DNA of 64,000 nt from Heterodontus francisci (Eukaryota). Below the pieces are notes generated by a model. It saw nothing but the letters and a program-made list of their open reading frames with translations. It was not told the origin of the DNA and ran no database searches. Every line of letters begins with the position of its first letter. Position 1 is the first letter of the stretch. The stretch is taken from NCBI RefSeq assembly GCF_036365525.1, contig NC_090407.1, positions 24,332,084 to 24,396,083 of the forward strand, given 5' to 3'. Both the position numbers and the translations under genes were made by a program. Below, one piece after another: positions 61,636 to 64,000 of this stretch.

Positions 61636-61974
61636 ACTGCTTGATGGCGATCCAGTGGCCTGCGCTGAAAGTGCATGTTTCTGAACACAGAATTAGACAA
61701 GATTGGGCTCTACTGTGATGCCTTCCATGGTCGAATGCCCTGCCTACACTCACTGTTCAGAGTCGCATGTAATGAAAGGCCCATCACTAGCAGGTAGCTG
61801 ACAACTCTGGAGCCCGCCGGTTAATCCATCCAGGAGGGGAGAAAATTGACAGAAGGTTGGTGGGGTGGCAGGAGACGGAGACAGGGAGGGAAGGAATGAA
61901 TCTGAGTTTCAATGCAGTAAGAATACAGCATGAATATTAAACCCAGTATAATCTACCTGGTAATAGTACAAAGT

Positions 61975-62370
61975 GGGGAGGCAGTGGCGTAGTGGTAATG
62001 TCACTCACTAGTAATTCAGAGCCCCAGGCTAATCCTCTGGGAACATGGGTTTGAACCTCACCACGGCAGATGGTGAAATTTGAATTCAATTAAGAATAAA
62101 TCTGGAATTAAAAGCTAGTCTAATGGTGACCGTGAAACCATTGCCAATTGTTGTAAAAACGCACCTGGTTCACAATGTCCTTTAGGGAAGGAAATCTGCC
62201 GTCCTTAACAGGTCTGGCCTACATGTGACTCCAGACCCACAGCAATGTGGTTGACTCTTAAGTGCTCTCTGAAATGGCCTAGCATACCACTCATCAAGGG
62301 CAATTAAGGATGGGCAATAAATGCTGGCCTAGCCAGCGACGCCCACATCCCACAAACGAATAAATAAAAA
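61975..62370 (+). mobile_element. tRNA-derived SINE, near full length
   Basis: A box tggcgtagtgg, B-box-like ggtttgaacc and an A-rich tail. The body is repeated at 31890-32190, and its 3' end at about 46970-47047 (+) and 56604-56680 (-). Confidence 0.78.
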
Positions 62371-62510
62371 GCACAAACAGAACAATACGAATCGTTTTCA
62401 ATACAATTGGTTCATTAATAAGCTGTCACAAGGTTTCTGCATGGAGGATAAGAGTGCGTGATTTGTTCCAGAATACTCCAGATACTGAATACAGGAAAAC
62501 TTTGCAACAT

Positions 62511-63410
62511 ATGGAGGTATGATCAGTAAGTTCACAGATGACACGAAAATTGGTGGTGTCGTAAATAGTGAGGAGGAAAGCCTTAGATTACAGGACGATA
62601 TAGATGGGCTGGTAAGATGGGCAGAGCAGTGGCAGATGGAATTTAATCCTGAGAAGTGTGAGGTGATGTATTTTGGGAGGACTAACAAAGCAGGGGAATA
62701 TACAATAGATGGTAGGACTCTAGGAATTACAGAGGGTCAGAAGGACCTTGCTGTACTTGTCCATAGATCACTGAAGGCAGCAGCACAGGTAGATAAGGTG
62801 GTTAGGAAGGCTTAGAATATAAGAGCAGGGAGGTTATGATGGAGCTGTATAAAACGCTAGTTAGGCCACAGCTGGAGTACAGTTCTGGTCGCCACACTAT
62901 AGGAAGGATGTGATTGCACTGGAGAGGATGCAGAGGAGATTCAACAGGATGTTGCCTGGGCTGGAGCATTTCAGCTAAGAAGAGAGACTGGATAGGCTAG
63001 GATTGTTTTCCTTGGAGCAGAGAAGGCTGAGGGGGGCATGATTGAGGTGTACAAAATTATGAGGGGCATAGATAGGGTAGATAGGAAGAAACTTTTTCCC
63101 TTAGTGGAGGTGTCAATAACCAGGGGGCATAGATTTAAGGTAAGGGACATGAGGTTTAGAGGGGATTTGATGAAAGAAATTTGCACCCAGAAGGTGGTTG
63201 GAATCTGGAACACACTGTCTGAAGGGTTGGTAGAGGCAAGAACCCTCACAACATTTAAGAAGTATTTAGATGAGCACTTGAAACGCCATAGCATTCAAGG
63301 CTGCGGGCAAAGTGCTGGAAAATGGGATTAGAATAGATGGGTGCTTGATGGTCAGCACGGACACGATAGCCGAAGGGCCTGTTTCTGGGCTGTATAAGTC
63401 TATGACTCTA
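62511..63410 (+). mobile_element. CR1-type (HER1-like) LINE, RT C-terminus and 3' UTR
   Basis: ISKFTDDTKIGG...WQMEFNPEKCEVM and MIEVYKIMRGIDRVD...VVGIWNTL. Its 3' end (cgaagggcctgtttc) is shared with the HE1-type SINEs. Confidence 0.88.
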
Positions 63411-64000
63411 TATATTTATTTTGAGATGCTAAATAATTTACCAGCAAAGGGCTCAAAGGGAATTGAGATGGAAGAAATGGAAAGAGTTACTGATGAAAAG
63501 ATAAGTAAACAACGTAACATTGTTTAGAATGGACAGAAAATGTGACGACAGTAAATCATAAAATGCACTCAGTGTACAATTACAGGAGTTGGGTTTGGGG
63601 TCAGTGTGAGACACTAGAGGTGCCACAGGAATCCCTCACCATTGAGTAGCAAAGAACGTCAAGGATCTCTGACTGGTCACATGTCTAAAGTTTCGTGCGT
63701 GCGTCTATATGGGGCGGGGTGGGCCAGGAGCCAGCTTAAGATCAATGCAGTCAGCACATTAATTATGGAACCAGTCTCCTTGGTTAACTGTTCGGATAAC
63801 GCTTAAATTCTGGAGTAAGGATATTCTAACACTGGTAGGGGATAGTCTGCAAGCATCCTAAACATGATTATTGTCCTGGGACCTGGGGACACTTCCTGCT
63901 GTCCGAAATTCTCAATGTGTGACTCTGTTTAAAGTAACGAGGGCAGCGAAGATTAATTAGTTTGTACCAGACTGAAAGTTTCATGTTACACGACTTTGGG

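Noticed and set aside
60949-61684. Plus-strand ORFs of 231, 131 and 74 aa
   Set aside because: Antisense shadows of the Tx1/L1 RT coding sequence.
63690-64000. GC box near 63712 and a TGTTACA at 63985 suggesting a new promoter or LTR start
   Set aside because: Isolated short motifs at the window edge with no supporting context.

Overview
Vertebrate genomic DNA, most likely from a shark or other elasmobranch (inferred from HE1-type V-SINEs, SacSINE1/Deu-type SINEs and CR1/L2/Penelope relics). Three host genes lie on the + strand: a single-coding-exon V1R/ORA chemoreceptor of the ORA3/ORA4 clade (23559-24485); the deubiquitinase OTUD3, with 8 coding exons from 29680 to 48675 that splice in frame to 398 aa behind a CpG island at about 28.9-29.35 kb; and a single-exon RING-plus-two-TM E3 ligase resembling RNF186 (57943-58611). 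Bases 7120-19992 are a nest of transposons. The host is a decayed Gmr1-type Gypsy element (PR-IN-RT-RH order, ATAT target-site duplication). It holds a solo LTR, a Harbinger-like MITE and a second, internally deleted Gmr1-type element, which itself holds a hAT MITE, and the nest ends in a chimeric LTR. OTUD3 intron 2 holds an apparently full-length RTE LINE. The most unusual signals are a tRNA-Pro-like primer-binding-site relic plus a duplicated terminus inside both LTRs of the host element, minimal hammerhead-ribozyme motifs in Penelope-derived repeats, an ORA receptor with mixed ORA3/ORA4 features and no visible tail-to-tail partner, and two unassigned exon-like segments at 5.56-5.78 kb. I found no CRISPR array, rRNA or true tRNA gene, and no evidence strong enough to claim a wholly new biological system. 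All family assignments rest on remembered motifs, not database searches.
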